From: a virus
DNA length: 64,000 nt
Direction: 5' to 3' (one strand)
IMG/VR virus record: IMGVR_UViG_3300027771_000011
Span: 1-64,000 of that record
The position numbers and the translations under genes are program-made. The notes below the pieces were generated by a model. It saw only the letters and a program-made list of their open reading frames with translations, searched no databases and was not told where the DNA came from. Of this stretch, positions 19,511-27,884 are shown one piece after another (the first letter of the stretch is position 1; the number at the start of each line of letters is the position of its first letter).

Positions 19511-20692
19511 ATGGCCGAGCAAGTCAAAGTATTTAAAAACGTAGTAGATCAGGTAGTGCCAGTAACGGCTACAGAAGTAGTTCTGCACACAACATCATCT
19601 ACACAACGGGCAGTTCTAAAAGATCTAGATTGCATTAATTTAGGTGATGGAGTTACGCTAGATCTTGATGGAAGAACAATGAATACGGGTACTAGTGCGG
19701 GACAGTTGGAGCGAACTAAAAGTTTAATTATGGGGCCGTCTTCTACTTTAAAGTTAAAGTTTCCAGCGGAAGATCCTGTTGGTTTTAATGGTATGTTCTT
19801 TTTTAGTGGAACAGAGGGAATAAATTTAGTTAGTGATGCAACAGTTATTACTGCACCATCTATTACTAGCCTTAGTGGCTCAAGTATAGAAAGGACTGAT
19901 GGATTTGTTCACAAACCTTTAGCTGCTGACACTCCATTTTATTTTGCTATAGCAAGTGGAGTTATTTACAAACATGATGAGACAGGTGCAGTAGTTTCTA
20001 CTAGTAATCTTGGCCACACTGGTGTACATCAAATGTGTACTGACGGAACTTATATTTACACCGTTAAATCAGGCACTCTATTAGGAAGAAAAAATATTGC
20101 TACCTATGTTGATAATGACATTACAATGACTGGGGATACTATGGCACAACCCGGACTTAACCAAGGATCTTGGGCAATTTATCATAACGGTAAAGTGTAT
20201 TCTAAAACAAGTGGTGGCAGTACTACTGTAACTATTTGTACTATAGCTACAGGAGTTGTAACTAGTAAAAATTCCGGTGAGTTAAATGTAGGTGGTTATG
20301 ATGATGGAGGCTGTCTTGTTGTTAACAGGGCAGGCGTACCTTTTATTGTTGCTCAAGGCAGTTCCGCTATGATGTATTGGAATCTTAATACCGACATAGT
20401 AATTAAAATAGCAGGAGGCGGGGGTTCTACTGAATATGGCAACGGAGCGTGTGAAGTTGAAGCAGGAGTTGCGTTAATACTAGGTGAGGCAAGTGACCGA
20501 GTAACGATTATTGATACAAACTTAGCTGTTCCATCAGTAGTTAGGTACCTGTACCCCAACAATCCGTATCAACTTGTTGAGGGCTCCAATGGCAGCTTTG
20601 GAAATCGTATAGCAGCTGCTGGAGGTTTAGTGCCTGTACCGCAAAGAACATTTAGCGCGTATGTTGCTGGCATAGACATTACTGAGGATTAG
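19511..20692 (+). CDS. Putative tail-associated beta-rich protein
   Basis: AGGAG RBS; lies within the fibre cassette; beta-strand-rich composition. Confidence 0.65.
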   Translation: MAEQVKVFKNVVDQVVPVTATEVVLHTTSSTQRAVLKDLDCINLGDGVTLDLDGRTMNTGTSAGQLERTKSLIMGPSSTLKLKFPAEDPVGFNGMFFFSGTEGINLVSDATVITAPSITSLSGSSIERTDGFVHKPLAADTPFYFAIASGVIYKHDETGAVVSTSNLGHTGVHQMCTDGTYIYTVKSGTLLGRKNIATYVDNDITMTGDTMAQPGLNQGSWAIYHNGKVYSKTSGGSTTVTICTIATGVVTSKNSGELNVGGYDDGGCLVVNRAGVPFIVAQGSSAMMYWNLNTDIVIKIAGGGGSTEYGNGACEVEAGVALILGEASDRVTIIDTNLAVPSVVRYLYPNNPYQLVEGSNGSFGNRIAAAGGLVPVPQRTFSAYVAGIDITED

Positions 20693-20695
20693 AAG

Positions 20696-22006
20696 ATGAC
20701 GGATTATTTGTACACATCAGGCGGATTTCCCGCTTCTCCTAGTTCTGGTGACTCGTTGGTTATCAATGGTCTGTTCTACGATTGGACAGGTACAGCTTGG
20801 AAAGTTAGGTCTGTAACATCTAAGCGAGTTGAATTTACAGCTACTGCAAACCAAGCGACTAAAACAGGGCTTACTTATTTTGTTGGCAGTATAGATTGTT
20901 ATATTAACGGGGCTAAGATGTTGTTGGGTTCAGACTTTACAGCAACCAATGGTACGTCAGTCACATTTACCCCAGCACTTGATTTAGATGATGAAGTGCA
21001 ATTAATCCTAGGTTCAAACGCATCGTTTTCAGGCACGACCACAGGTACCACATTGCCTGACCCTGTTACAGCTGCTGGATCATTGTTCTTCAAAACAGAT
21101 ACAACTGACCTATATGTCAGTAATGGCACTGCTTGGGAACAAGTAACTTCTACTGTACTAAGCTCAACAGGTGGAACAGTAACAACTACAGCTACTCATA
21201 AAATACATACATTTACTTCATCTGGTTCTATTAATGTTAGCGGCTCAGTAGTTGCTGATATTTTAATAGTTGCTGGCGGTGGTAGCGGAGGTGCAGCAGG
21301 TGGTGGTGGTGCAGGCGGCATGTTAGTAAGTACAGCTACACTTGCTAATAATAATTACACAATTACAGTAGGCGCAGGAGCAGCCGCTGCGGTGGGTACA
21401 AATGCTTCGGGTATTGATGGTGCTTCTAGTTCAATAGGATCTTTATCTACTGCTATAGGTGGTGGTGGAGGAGGAGCGTACTGGTCTACTTCAAACGCAC
21501 CAGCAACTATCGGCAGGTCTGGCGGTTCAGGTGGTGGTGGTGGTTGGCCTGCAGGTGTTGGCGGATCGGGTACTTCGGGCCAAGGTAATGCAGGAGGTAC
21601 TACTACTGATACAACTGCCAATCCATGGACTGCTGCTGGTGGCGGAGGTAAAGGTGGTCAAGGATTAGCAGATTCTGCGAACAGCGGAGGTAATGGGGGT
21701 ATTGGTCTAATAAATACTTGGCTAGGTTCTTCTTACTATTTTGCTGGAGGTGGCGGAGGTGGCGCTCAAAGTGGAACAAAAGGTGGTGATGGTGGGCTAG
21801 GTGGAGGTGGAGGCGGTGCATTTGCCAATAGTGGTGCTGCTAGTTCTGGTGGCGGAAGCGCATTGAACTCTGGTGGTGCAGGCACAGACCGCTTAGGAGG
21901 TTCTGGTGGAGCAAACACTGGAGGAGGTGGAGGCGGTATGGCTGTGACTCTTGATACAAGTGGTGCCGGTGGATCTGGCATTGTAATAATCAGATATGCA
22001 TTTTAA
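20696..22006 (+). CDS. Glycine-rich tail fibre protein
   Basis: YTSGGFP N-terminal module shared with the 17444 gene; HTFTSSG ... IVAGGGSGG ... GGSGIVIIRY glycine-rich domain. Confidence 0.75.
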   Translation: MTDYLYTSGGFPASPSSGDSLVINGLFYDWTGTAWKVRSVTSKRVEFTATANQATKTGLTYFVGSIDCYINGAKMLLGSDFTATNGTSVTFTPALDLDDEVQLILGSNASFSGTTTGTTLPDPVTAAGSLFFKTDTTDLYVSNGTAWEQVTSTVLSSTGGTVTTTATHKIHTFTSSGSINVSGSVVADILIVAGGGSGGAAGGGGAGGMLVSTATLANNNYTITVGAGAAAAVGTNASGIDGASSSIGSLSTAIGGGGGGAYWSTSNAPATIGRSGGSGGGGGWPAGVGGSGTSGQGNAGGTTTDTTANPWTAAGGGGKGGQGLADSANSGGNGGIGLINTWLGSSYYFAGGGGGGAQSGTKGGDGGLGGGGGGAFANSGAASSGGGSALNSGGAGTDRLGGSGGANTGGGGGGMAVTLDTSGAGGSGIVIIRYAF

Positions 22007-22018
22007 GAGGTAGTAAAG

Positions 22019-22369
22019 ATGGCACATTATGCAAAAGTAAATTCAGGTGTAGTTGAGCAAGTTATCGTAGCAGAGGCTGACTTCTTTGATACATTTGTGG
22101 ATACATCTCCGGGCCAGTGGATTCAAACATCTTACAACACCCACGGTGGTGTTCATGCTGATGGTGGAACTCCGCTGCGTATGAACTACGCTGGCATAGG
22201 ATTCGCATATGATTCTTCTAAAGATGCGTTTATTCCGCCTACGCCTTATCCATCATGGACTCTTGTGGATGCTACCTGTCTATGGGAAGCACCTACTGCT
22301 TACCCTTCAGATGGTGAAGAATATGTATGGGACGAGAGCACAACTGCATGGGTGGCTGTAGATGAGTAA
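22019..22369 (+). CDS. Conserved small protein paired with glycine-rich fibres (possible fibre chaperone)
   Basis: MAHYAKV ... WIQTSYNT ... NYAGIG ... DAFIPP ... PSW ... WEAP, recalled as a common aquatic-phage family. Confidence 0.75.
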   Translation: MAHYAKVNSGVVEQVIVAEADFFDTFVDTSPGQWIQTSYNTHGGVHADGGTPLRMNYAGIGFAYDSSKDAFIPPTPYPSWTLVDATCLWEAPTAYPSDGEEYVWDESTTAWVAVDE

Positions 22370-23927
22370 AGCAAGAAATTTAGCAACGTTACTAGGCTCA
22401 GACGGCTCAGTTAAAACAACGAAGGGCGGTAGCGGGCAATCTACTTTTGTGGCTTCAGGTGCTTTACCGAATGGAAAGCCTATCATTTTAAACTCGAATG
22501 GAACCGTGTCGGCAGTCGGGAATACTATTGTAGATCAAACTTTAACACTTGCTTGGCCTGCAGGGGGTTACACGACTACCTCCAATAAAGGGCCGGTAGG
22601 CTTAGATTCTGATTTTAATCCGAACGTTGCTAATCAATTTGTAATTGTTTACGGAGACAACAATAACAGTAATTACACTACGTGTGCAGTAGGAACTGTT
22701 AGCGGCACCACAATTACATTCGGTACTCCTGTAGTGGTAGTTTCTGCTCATAACGGTGGTGCAGAGATTAATTTTAATCCAAATAGAGCTAGTCAGTTTT
22801 TGTTATTTTATCAAGATAATGGTGACAGTTATAAACGCAAACTAAAAGTTGGAACAATATCTGGGACTACTCCTTCATTTGGTTCTGCAACCAATGTTAC
22901 TACGTCGTATGGTAATACTAGTTTCCGAGGTTGTATGGAGTTTGACCCCTTTACCACTGATAAATTTATTGTATTTTATCAAAATAATAATAACGGGCCA
23001 TTGGAAGTGCGGATTTCTACTGTTAACAGTGGAGGCACAATAACTCTTGGATCTGCAGTGCAAGCCGTTGCATCAGGCTCAGCTAATTATCCGAGTTTAA
23101 CTTTAGATAAAAATACTGCGAATAAGTTTTTAATTACTTGGCGTGACGCAAATAATGATGGGGCTGCGAGAGCTGGAACAATATCAGGAGTCACTTGTAG
23201 CTTTGGCACCTCAATGGTTTGGGATAGTGCTAATCCTTATTACATAGTCACAGCCAGTGAAAAAGGAAGAAGTGGAAAGTTTTTAGTTGCTTCTTATGAC
23301 CAACCTAATAGTGGAAGAACACAATTAAGAGTGCTAACAGTTTCAGGCACTACGGTAACTGCTGGCTCTCCAGTAAATATCTCTAACGGGCCTTTCTACA
23401 CATCTGGCATACAAAATGATCCTAACGCTGCAGGTAAGTTTGTATTGCATGGAGGAGATGGTAATGCTCCATACGGACATAAAGCATACGTTGTAACTGT
23501 TTCTGGCGATGTGTCATCAGTGTCATCAGTTTATGACATGACAAATACTAAGAGAGGTGGGACAGCTGAAGGTGTTATTTGTTTTGATCCTAATAACAAC
23601 GGCAAACTTATATTTGGTGCTGGATATAGTCCGTCACTAGGCCATGGAACTCAGTTTGCGGTTACACAACTGGGAGGCACATATCAAGGAGTTACAACTA
23701 ATTTGACAGCGACTAACTTTATCGGCATACCGAGCGCAGCTTTTGCAGACACAGCTTCTGCAACCGTACAATTGCAGGGAGGTATTGCATCTAATCTTTC
23801 TGGATTAACAGCTGGTGCCACATATTATGTGAAAACTGACGCGACTTTTTCTACTACCGCAGGCACACCGAGCGTTGTGGCAGGCAAAGCATTATCAGCA
23901 ACCTCAATTTTATTAAAAGGTATTTAG
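22362..23927 (+). CDS. Tail fibre/receptor-binding protein with propeller-like repeats (paralogue of the 17444 gene)
   Basis: Shares FVASGxLPNG ... and TTNLTATNFIG ... AGTPSVxAGxALSAT with the 17444 gene. Confidence 0.75.
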   Translation: MSKARNLATLLGSDGSVKTTKGGSGQSTFVASGALPNGKPIILNSNGTVSAVGNTIVDQTLTLAWPAGGYTTTSNKGPVGLDSDFNPNVANQFVIVYGDNNNSNYTTCAVGTVSGTTITFGTPVVVVSAHNGGAEINFNPNRASQFLLFYQDNGDSYKRKLKVGTISGTTPSFGSATNVTTSYGNTSFRGCMEFDPFTTDKFIVFYQNNNNGPLEVRISTVNSGGTITLGSAVQAVASGSANYPSLTLDKNTANKFLITWRDANNDGAARAGTISGVTCSFGTSMVWDSANPYYIVTASEKGRSGKFLVASYDQPNSGRTQLRVLTVSGTTVTAGSPVNISNGPFYTSGIQNDPNAAGKFVLHGGDGNAPYGHKAYVVTVSGDVSSVSSVYDMTNTKRGGTAEGVICFDPNNNGKLIFGAGYSPSLGHGTQFAVTQLGGTYQGVTTNLTATNFIGIPSAAFADTASATVQLQGGIASNLSGLTAGATYYVKTDATFSTTAGTPSVVAGKALSATSILLKGI

Positions 23928-23928
23928 C

Positions 23929-24183
23929 ATGAAGACAATCATCGAGAATGATACAAACATCAGCAAGTATATGTTTGCTAATTCAGTAGCTATTACTATG
24001 GGTGCAGACTTTATTACAACTCCTAATTTTATTATTGGAGATATGAATACAAGTAACTGTATCTTAGTCGAAGGTGTAACAGCTCCTGCTGGTTGGGTAG
24101 GATGTAAGCACACATTTGACGGCACAACATGGGCAGTAAACTCAGCCTACGTTGCTCCTGAAGAAGAATCAGATCCTGAGTAA
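23929..24183 (+). CDS. Small tail-fibre-associated protein
   Basis: P.GW.G.K.TFDGTTW motif typical of fibre assembly helpers; last gene before a terminator. Confidence 0.65.
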   Translation: MKTIIENDTNISKYMFANSVAITMGADFITTPNFIIGDMNTSNCILVEGVTAPAGWVGCKHTFDGTTWAVNSAYVAPEEESDPE

Positions 24184-24202
24184 CTCTGGCTGAGCCGGAC
24201 TA

Positions 24203-24227
24203 GAGCCTCGATTGTCGGGGCTTTTTT
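24203..24227 (+). terminator. Intrinsic terminator closing the fibre cassette
   Basis: AGCCTCGA-TTG-TCGGGGCT stem followed by a T run. Confidence 0.8.
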
Positions 24228-24251
24228 ATGCCTGTAATAAAGAGAGCCAAC

Positions 24252-24479
24252 ATGTATCTAATCGTGATAGCCACTATGTTAGCAAGTGCAGAGCCTACGC
24301 TTCCTGTACTTATGGCAGGCTATCCAACACTAAGTAAGTGTCGATTAGAGTTAGTGGACATTGCCAAGATAAATGGTTTCGATCTTGTGATCAGCCCTCT
24401 TGTCGGCTACTCAGTTGTAAACATGAAGGACAATAAATCAGTCTTGGCTTTTTGTGTTAAGGATATTAGGAACATTTGA
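24252..24479 (+). CDS. Hypothetical secreted/membrane protein
   Basis: Hydrophobic N-terminus from ATG 24252; two Cys. Confidence 0.5.
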   Translation: MYLIVIATMLASAEPTLPVLMAGYPTLSKCRLELVDIAKINGFDLVISPLVGYSVVNMKDNKSVLAFCVKDIRNI

Positions 24480-24664
24480 TGTGGTCTTCACCTGTGGAAC
24501 TTTATCCTATTAACCTAGCCCCTACTCAAGCACCGCAGGGGCAGGGTCATGTTATTGAACCACAGACTGAATATCGGCTACAGAACTACACCCCAGTTCA
24601 TCCGCCTACGGCTCCTTATGAGCTATCTGAACATTATTATTCTCGGAGGTTATGGATATGCTAG
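24476..24664 (+). CDS. Hypothetical protein
   Basis: Overlap-coupled to both neighbours. Confidence 0.4.
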   Translation: MMWSSPVELYPINLAPTQAPQGQGHVIEPQTEYRLQNYTPVHPPTAPYELSEHYYSRRLWIC

Positions 24665-25101
24665 CAGAACTTGCTATAGCAAACGCTGCCTTCGCAGTGA
24701 TCAAAACCACTTTGGCCAACGGAAAGGAAATTGCTGACGCTGGTGTATCTCTAGGGAAATATTTTGGAGCGGAAAAGGCGATAGCTAAACAAGTAGCTAG
24801 TGGATCTGGCAATGTACTCGAGGCTTTTCAAGCAAAAGAGGCACTTGTTAGGCAGGAAGAAGAATTAAGATTCATGCTTAATAAACAGCGTTTGCATGGG
24901 TGGAAGGACTTTGTGGCATTTAAAGCTGCATACACTAGAGAATTAAAAGAAGCTCAGCAGGCCGAAGCTAAACGGAAATTATTGAAAGCTAAAAAACTTG
25001 AAGCCAATCTTACAATAGGAATTACTGTCGGATTAATAATGATTTTAATCATGGGTGCGTTATTCGGGGTTGCTATTTATATCAAACAGGGTCACTTATG
25101 A
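24652..25101 (+). CDS. Membrane-anchored coiled-coil protein (lysis region)
   Basis: GGAGG RBS; C-terminal transmembrane segment. Confidence 0.7.
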   Translation: MDMLAELAIANAAFAVIKTTLANGKEIADAGVSLGKYFGAEKAIAKQVASGSGNVLEAFQAKEALVRQEEELRFMLNKQRLHGWKDFVAFKAAYTRELKEAQQAEAKRKLLKAKKLEANLTIGITVGLIMILIMGALFGVAIYIKQGHL

Positions 25102-25406
25102 GTGTTGTTAAAGCAAAGAAAAAGGAAGTGTTAATGGACACCGATAAAAGATTTGATCGGATAGAAGCTAAGTTAGACAAGCTTGTGGATGCTCTCTCTC
25201 AGTTAGTCGCAGTGGAGACAAAGATCGACCACCTCAATCTTCATCAAGCCACCCAAGATAAAAGGTTAGATGTACATAGCAACCGCTTAGATCAATTAAA
25301 CACGGCTGTAATAAAAGCTGGTGGCGTTGCCAGAGTGTTAGAACGGATAGGATTTATTATCGTAACCTGCGCTGTGGGTTATTTCTTTGCAAACTATAAC
25401 GGTTAA
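25098..25406 (+). CDS. Holin-like / coiled-coil membrane protein
   Basis: RFDRIEAKLDKL coiled coil plus a C-terminal TM helix, directly upstream of the endolysin. Confidence 0.6.
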   Translation: MSVVKAKKKEVLMDTDKRFDRIEAKLDKLVDALSQLVAVETKIDHLNLHQATQDKRLDVHSNRLDQLNTAVIKAGGVARVLERIGFIIVTCAVGYFFANYNG

Positions 25407-25411
25407 CTAAT

Positions 25412-25777
25412 ATGAATTACTTTTCTGAAGACGAACTCAAGTGCTCCCACTCAGGTGAATGTGAAATGGATGAAGCCTTTATGGAAAAGGTGAATGCCAT
25501 CCGTGAAGTATGTGACTTTCCTTTCACAGTGACTTCTGCTTACCGCCATCCCACTCATCCTATCGAAGCAAGAAAGAAGAAGCCCGGAGCACACGCTTCA
25601 GGTCATGCTATTGATATAGCGGTTAGGGGTGACAAGGCTCACCGTCTGATTGAGATCGCTCTCAAGTACGGTATGACTGGTATCGGTGTTGCTCAGAAAG
25701 GCGGTTCAAGATTTATTCACTTGGACGATTTAACAGCGGAAGATGGCTTCCCTCGTCCTACCGTTTGGAGTTATTAG
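25412..25777 (+). CDS. Endolysin, peptidase M15A-like
   Basis: YFSEDELKC, VTSAYR, GAHASGHAIDI and FIHLD zinc-peptidase motifs. Confidence 0.9.
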   Translation: MNYFSEDELKCSHSGECEMDEAFMEKVNAIREVCDFPFTVTSAYRHPTHPIEARKKKPGAHASGHAIDIAVRGDKAHRLIEIALKYGMTGIGVAQKGGSRFIHLDDLTAEDGFPRPTVWSY

Positions 25778-25785
25778 GAGGTTCT

Positions 25786-26220
25786 ATGTGGGGTTCAATC
25801 ATTGGTGCGCTATCAAGCAGCGTAGGTGGCTACTTCAAAGGTAAACAAGAACTAGCAGGGGCCAAGTTGAAAGGCCAGCTGATCGCCATTGAAGCAGAAG
25901 CTGAAACTACCTTGGCGATTGCTAAAGGTAAGGTTCGCATGGCTGCAGAAGGCCAGTCTCAGAACTTCAACCTTGACATGGTTGCTATGCAAAACATGGA
26001 GAAGTCCTATAAGGACGAGATAATTCTTATAGTGTTTATGACCCCCATGGTACTAGCCTTTATACCGACCATGGATGTATACGCTCTGCGTGGATTTGAG
26101 GTCATCAGCAAGATGCCTCAGTGGTATCAGTACACTCTGGTTGGAATGGTCGTGGTGATCTACGGTATGAGAGGCATGCTTGAGAAAGTTATCTCTTCAA
26201 AAGTCCCTAAGTTTAAATAG
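25786..26220 (+). CDS. Holin (3TM-like)
   Basis: AGGAGG RBS; KDE plus hydrophobic segments, MPQWY ... IYGMRG. Confidence 0.7.
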   Translation: MWGSIIGALSSSVGGYFKGKQELAGAKLKGQLIAIEAEAETTLAIAKGKVRMAAEGQSQNFNLDMVAMQNMEKSYKDEIILIVFMTPMVLAFIPTMDVYALRGFEVISKMPQWYQYTLVGMVVVIYGMRGMLEKVISSKVPKFK

Positions 26221-26237
26221 TTAACAGAGATAAGATC

Positions 26238-27884
26238 ATGGCCCTTATAAAAATAGATGTATTTAAGGGCATAGCCCCTAAGTTATCAGCCCGTTTGTTG
26301 CCTAGCGGTTCTGCAAAAACTGCTGTCAACTGCCGTCTAGACTCAGGGGACTTGGCCCCCATACGAGGACTTAGTGACATTGCCAGTACTGCGGAAACTG
26401 CTGGAACCGAAAACAGTCTTTATAAGTACGATACAGTTGGTGGTGTAGACCAGTGGTTTAGGTGGGATGAGGACGTAGATGTAGTTAGGTCTCCAATCGC
26501 TGCAAACACTTACAACCGTGTTTACTATACAGGTGATTCATTAGATGGTAAGCGGCCTAGAGTGACATACAATTCTATAGCTGTAGGAGGTGGCACTGTA
26601 TATCCTTCTGCCTCATTCAGATTGGGACTACCTGCACCAACTACAGCCCCCACTATGACAGTTGTCGGTTCAGTTCCTGCCGATACAGAAAACGCGATAA
26701 AAGAATCCAGATCTTACGTCTATACTTTTGTATCAGTTAATGGTGAAGAAGGGCCACCCTCTGCACCTAGCGCGGTACTTGATCTATATCCTTCAGCTCA
26801 GACAGTCAGTATTTCAACAATGGACAATGGTATACCTGCTTCCTCTGACGTCACACACAAAAACATTTACCGAACTGTCACTTCAGCGGCAGGAACTTTT
26901 TACATGTACGTTGATGTAGTTTTACTTTCTCAACAAGTATATCCAGATAGTAAAACCGCATTGGAAGTAGGTGGAGTTCTACCGTCTACTGATTGGGTCG
27001 CACCTCCTGCTGAAATGATTGGGCTGACGTCATTATCAAATGGCATATTGGCCGGATTTAAGGACAACGAAGTCATGTTTTGTGAGCCATTTATGCCTCA
27101 TGCGTGGCCTACAAAATATAGATTGTCTACAGACTTTTCCATCGTGGCTATTAAGGCAGTAGGAAGTAGCTTAATTGTTACCACTAAAGCTTATCCTTAT
27201 GTAGTTCAGGGTTCGCATCCAAGCAATATGACGATTGTAAGGATGAGAGAAAATCAAGCCTGCGTATCTAAGCGGTCTATTGTCAACATGGGTAGCCATG
27301 TTATGTATGCCTCACCAGATGGTCTTGTGTCAGCTTCTGGAACAGCGGCTACTCTGGCTACAGATAAGGTCTTTAGTCGCTCTCAGTGGCAAGCCTTGAA
27401 GCCTGAGACTATACATTCGTACATGTACGAAGGTAATTACGTTGGATTGTATACGGTTAGTGGTGTTCAAAAAGGATTTATATTTAATCCACAGACTCTT
27501 CTATTGTCTGACCTTACCCAAGTGACGACTTTGACTGGAGGTTATTCTGATCCAGAAGCTGATGCCCTTTACTTTATAGATTCTTCTAGCCAGATAAAAC
27601 AATTCGACTCTGGATCAGAGGCTACTTATGAGTGGCATTCCAAACAGTACAAAATAGAAAGGCCCATCAACATGGCTGTGGCTAAGGTTGAAGCAGAGTC
27701 ATATTCAAACATAACTATATCAGTTTACGCTGAAAGTGGTTTAGTGCACTCACAAGCCGTATTAAATGAACGTGCTTTTAGGCTCCCTTCTGGGTACAGA
27801 TCTAACCAGTATGAAGTAAAGGTTGTGGGTACTGATATTATTAATAGTGTAGTAGTCGCTACTAGCATGAGCGAGATTGTCTAA
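26238..27884 (+). CDS. Tail tubular B / nozzle-like protein
   Basis: FKGIAPKLSARLLP N-terminus, YVYTFVS ... EEGPPS, EPFMPHAWP, ACVSKRS and YASPDGLV motifs of podovirus tail proteins. Confidence 0.8.
   Translation: MALIKIDVFKGIAPKLSARLLPSGSAKTAVNCRLDSGDLAPIRGLSDIASTAETAGTENSLYKYDTVGGVDQWFRWDEDVDVVRSPIAANTYNRVYYTGDSLDGKRPRVTYNSIAVGGGTVYPSASFRLGLPAPTTAPTMTVVGSVPADTENAIKESRSYVYTFVSVNGEEGPPSAPSAVLDLYPSAQTVSISTMDNGIPASSDVTHKNIYRTVTSAAGTFYMYVDVVLLSQQVYPDSKTALEVGGVLPSTDWVAPPAEMIGLTSLSNGILAGFKDNEVMFCEPFMPHAWPTKYRLSTDFSIVAIKAVGSSLIVTTKAYPYVVQGSHPSNMTIVRMRENQACVSKRSIVNMGSHVMYASPDGLVSASGTAATLATDKVFSRSQWQALKPETIHSYMYEGNYVGLYTVSGVQKGFIFNPQTLLLSDLTQVTTLTGGYSDPEADALYFIDSSSQIKQFDSGSEATYEWHSKQYKIERPINMAVAKVEAESYSNITISVYAESGLVHSQAVLNERAFRLPSGYRSNQYEVKVVGTDIINSVVVATSMSEIV

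Noticed and set aside
10115-24183. Diversity-generating retroelement or invertible shufflon acting on fibres
   Set aside because: No reverse transcriptase or invertase; repeated modules differ at synonymous positions generally, not specifically at adenines; all genes are co-oriented.
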